This document shows, in pieces, positions 62,641 through 64,000 of a DNA stretch of 64,000 nucleotides. Below the pieces are notes generated by a model. The model was given only the letters and a program-made list of their open reading frames with translations, did not search any database and was not told where the DNA came from. How positions within the stretch are numbered: the stretch's first letter is position 1; each line of letters starts with the position of its first letter. The position numbers and the translations under genes are program-made. The DNA lies in the NCBI GenBank assembly GCA_021545585.1, contig JAJRTF010000109.1:2524-66523 (forward strand), in the 5' to 3' direction. This DNA is from Zetaproteobacteria bacterium. GTDB taxonomy: Bacteria > Pseudomonadota > Zetaproteobacteria > Mariprofundales > Mariprofundaceae.

Positions 62641-64000
62641 ATGCGAATGTGGTCCATTGTGTCTGCAGCTTGGTTTTTGACTGGAGGCTTTATTTTGAAA
62701 GTGTTTAAAGGACTTTCCGGAACTTTGACTATGGGGCTGTTGGCGGTATTTGCCTATGTCGCATTTGTCGGCTGGCACCAGTTGAAGGATATCTCAATGA
62801 TCCACGATATGGCAGTACAGATTGAGAAGTCGAACCATGAAAGTCATCATTTGCATGAGCTGGAAATGCGGATCAGGGGAATGGTGGCACACATACATGA
62901 TTATCTGATTACCGGTTCCATTGACCACATCAGTCGGTATCGAATGAGTTCAGCGAAGATTGACGCACTGCTGGCCGAAAGCGGACTGGTCCAAGCTGGG
63001 GGCATGAATATAAAACCCCAGTTGCAGGCGATGCATCAGATTGCAGATAAGATATTTTCATTACCGTTTGCGACCGGTAATATGGAAGGGCCGATTCTGA
63101 TGCAGGAGCTGGATGAAAAGTTGCAGACGCTGTCGCAGTCGATGTCAGCCAGGCATCACGGTATGGATAATGCTGTCAATCAATCCATGCGTATGGTGTC
63201 CGGCCTGCATCTGGATATGCGTGAAGACTTCATCGTTTCGCTGTTTGTGTTGTTCGGCCTCCTGGCCGGGGTGAGCGGCTATTTGTTTCTGAAGATTGTC
63301 AGACCACTGGTGCTGCTTCGCAGGGAGGTGGCGAGAATCGGAAAGGGTAATTTTTCACCCAGCTGCCCGGATTTTGGAGCCAATGAGATTGGCGAACTAT
63401 CCAGCGCACTGAATAAAATGGGGGATGCCCTGACCCAGAGAAACAGCGAGCTTATTCAGGCTAGGAGTTTCGCAGCGCATCAGGAGAAGATGCATGCGCT
63501 GGGTTTGATGACAGCCAGCATTGCACATGAGGTGGGTAATCCGTTGTCGGCGGCATCGGTGTCGCTTGAGGTGTGCAGACGCAAGCTGGGCAAAGGTGAT
63601 ATGGAGGCGGCGGAAAAAAACCTTGAGGCTACAGCCAGTGAATTGCGCCGCACTGAAAACATCATTCGCAACGTGCTGGATTTCGGCCGGCAATCATCCA
63701 ATGAACATGAGAGCATTGATATTCAAGCCGTTGTCGAGAGTTCACTGAGCCTGGTTCGACTTTCCCGTCAGGCCAAACCATTGGAGTTTCAGGTGTCATT
63801 ATCTCCGAATTTGCCGACGGCTCTTGGCAGCGAAGATGTGATCCGTCAGGTGCTGGTAAATCTGCTGTTGAATGCTGTTGATGTATCCCGGACGGGTGAT
63901 ACGGTCAATATCATGGGTTCTTGCCAAAACGATTGTATCTGTCTCGATGTGGCGGATCACGGGGGCGGTATCCCTGAAGAATTGGGAGAGCAGATTTTTT
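62641..64000 (+). CDS. membrane sensor histidine kinase, 3'-truncated by the window edge
   Basis: The frame is open from 62611 to the window end and is absent from the track because it has no stop. It has 2 TM helices around a ~150-aa periplasmic domain. A HAMP domain (IVRPLVLLRREVARIGKGNF...IGELSSALNKM), an H-box (SIAHEVGNPL) and an N-box (NLLLNAVD) follow. Candidate starts are the ATG at 62641 or the TTG at 62695 after GGAGG. Confidence 0.8.
   Translation, partial: MRMWSIVSAAWFLTGGFILKVFKGLSGTLTMGLLAVFAYVAFVGWHQLKDISMIHDMAVQIEKSNHESHHLHELEMRIRGMVAHIHDYLITGSIDHISRYRMSSAKIDALLAESGLVQAGGMNIKPQLQAMHQIADKIFSLPFATGNMEGPILMQELDEKLQTLSQSMSARHHGMDNAVNQSMRMVSGLHLDMREDFIVSLFVLFGLLAGVSGYLFLKIVRPLVLLRREVARIGKGNFSPSCPDFGANEIGELSSALNKMGDALTQRNSELIQARSFAAHQEKMHALGLMTASIAHEVGNPLSAASVSLEVCRRKLGKGDMEAAEKNLEATASELRRTENIIRNVLDFGRQSSNEHESIDIQAVVESSLSLVRLSRQAKPLEFQVSLSPNLPTALGSEDVIRQVLVNLLLNAVDVSRTGDTVNIMGSCQNDCICLDVADHGGGIPEELGEQIF

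Noticed and set aside
1-64000. CRISPR arrays, rRNA operons, IS inverted repeats, and toxin-antitoxin or phage-defence cassettes.
   Set aside because: - I scanned intergenic regions and the ORF list on both strands.
- No regularly spaced direct repeats, no rRNA-like sequence and no transposase, integrase or recombinase motifs were found.
- No nuclease/ATPase defence-type gene pairs were found, apart from the single small GIY-YIG gene reported above.

Overview
This is a 64 kb stretch of a proteobacterial chromosome, roughly mid-50s % GC by eye. I call about 65 protein genes, 2 tRNAs (Lys-UUU, Glu-UUC), several intrinsic terminators and two in-gene tandem repeats. I found no rRNA, CRISPR array, IS element or integrase. 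All family assignments come from reading motifs in the supplied translations; no HMM or BLAST search was run, and Pfam names and accessions are quoted from memory.

**1-34.4 kb: ordinary housekeeping.** Genes in order:
- pyrE-like gene, RNase J, ftsK, lolA, a FadL-type OMP, rarA, crcB
- a divergent cytochrome c peroxidase / Fur-family pair
- an SDR, a PHP histidinol phosphatase, tRNA-Lys, GIY-YIG, a GT2 glycosyltransferase, miaE, nnr
- sdhCDAB-sdhE, a DUF1573-cytochrome c lipoprotein, rpe, petABC
- an aminotransferase, hom, thrC, a hypothetical gene, recJ, aroK, prfB with its canonical +1 frameshift, sspA

**34.5-38.8 kb: the most interesting locus.** It is a translationally coupled five-gene operon bracketed by a strong terminator and tRNA-Glu. 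It encodes a thermostable-hemolysin-family (GNAT-like) protein, an adenylate-forming ligase, a heme-oxygenase-like di-iron enzyme, an SDR and a secreted TPR-like protein. It looks like an orphan lipid or small-molecule pathway.

**39.1-64 kb: a heavy-metal island of about 25 genes, all on the + strand, starting directly after tRNA-Glu.** In order:
- a cusCBA-type RND pump
- two paralogous His/Met-rich periplasmic proteins, DUF411/CopG, a CopZ-like HMA protein, a YHS + degenerate-HMA fusion, cytochrome b561, and a His-rich triple-repeat protein
- a CopA P1B-ATPase with a YHS/zinc-ribbon N-terminus
- a CcdA - OMP - periplasmic HMA - NHL-propeller module
- a czcCBA-type RND pump, two CDF transporters, and a 3'-truncated sensor kinase

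No multicopper oxidase, MerR/CueR regulator or response regulator lies in the window.
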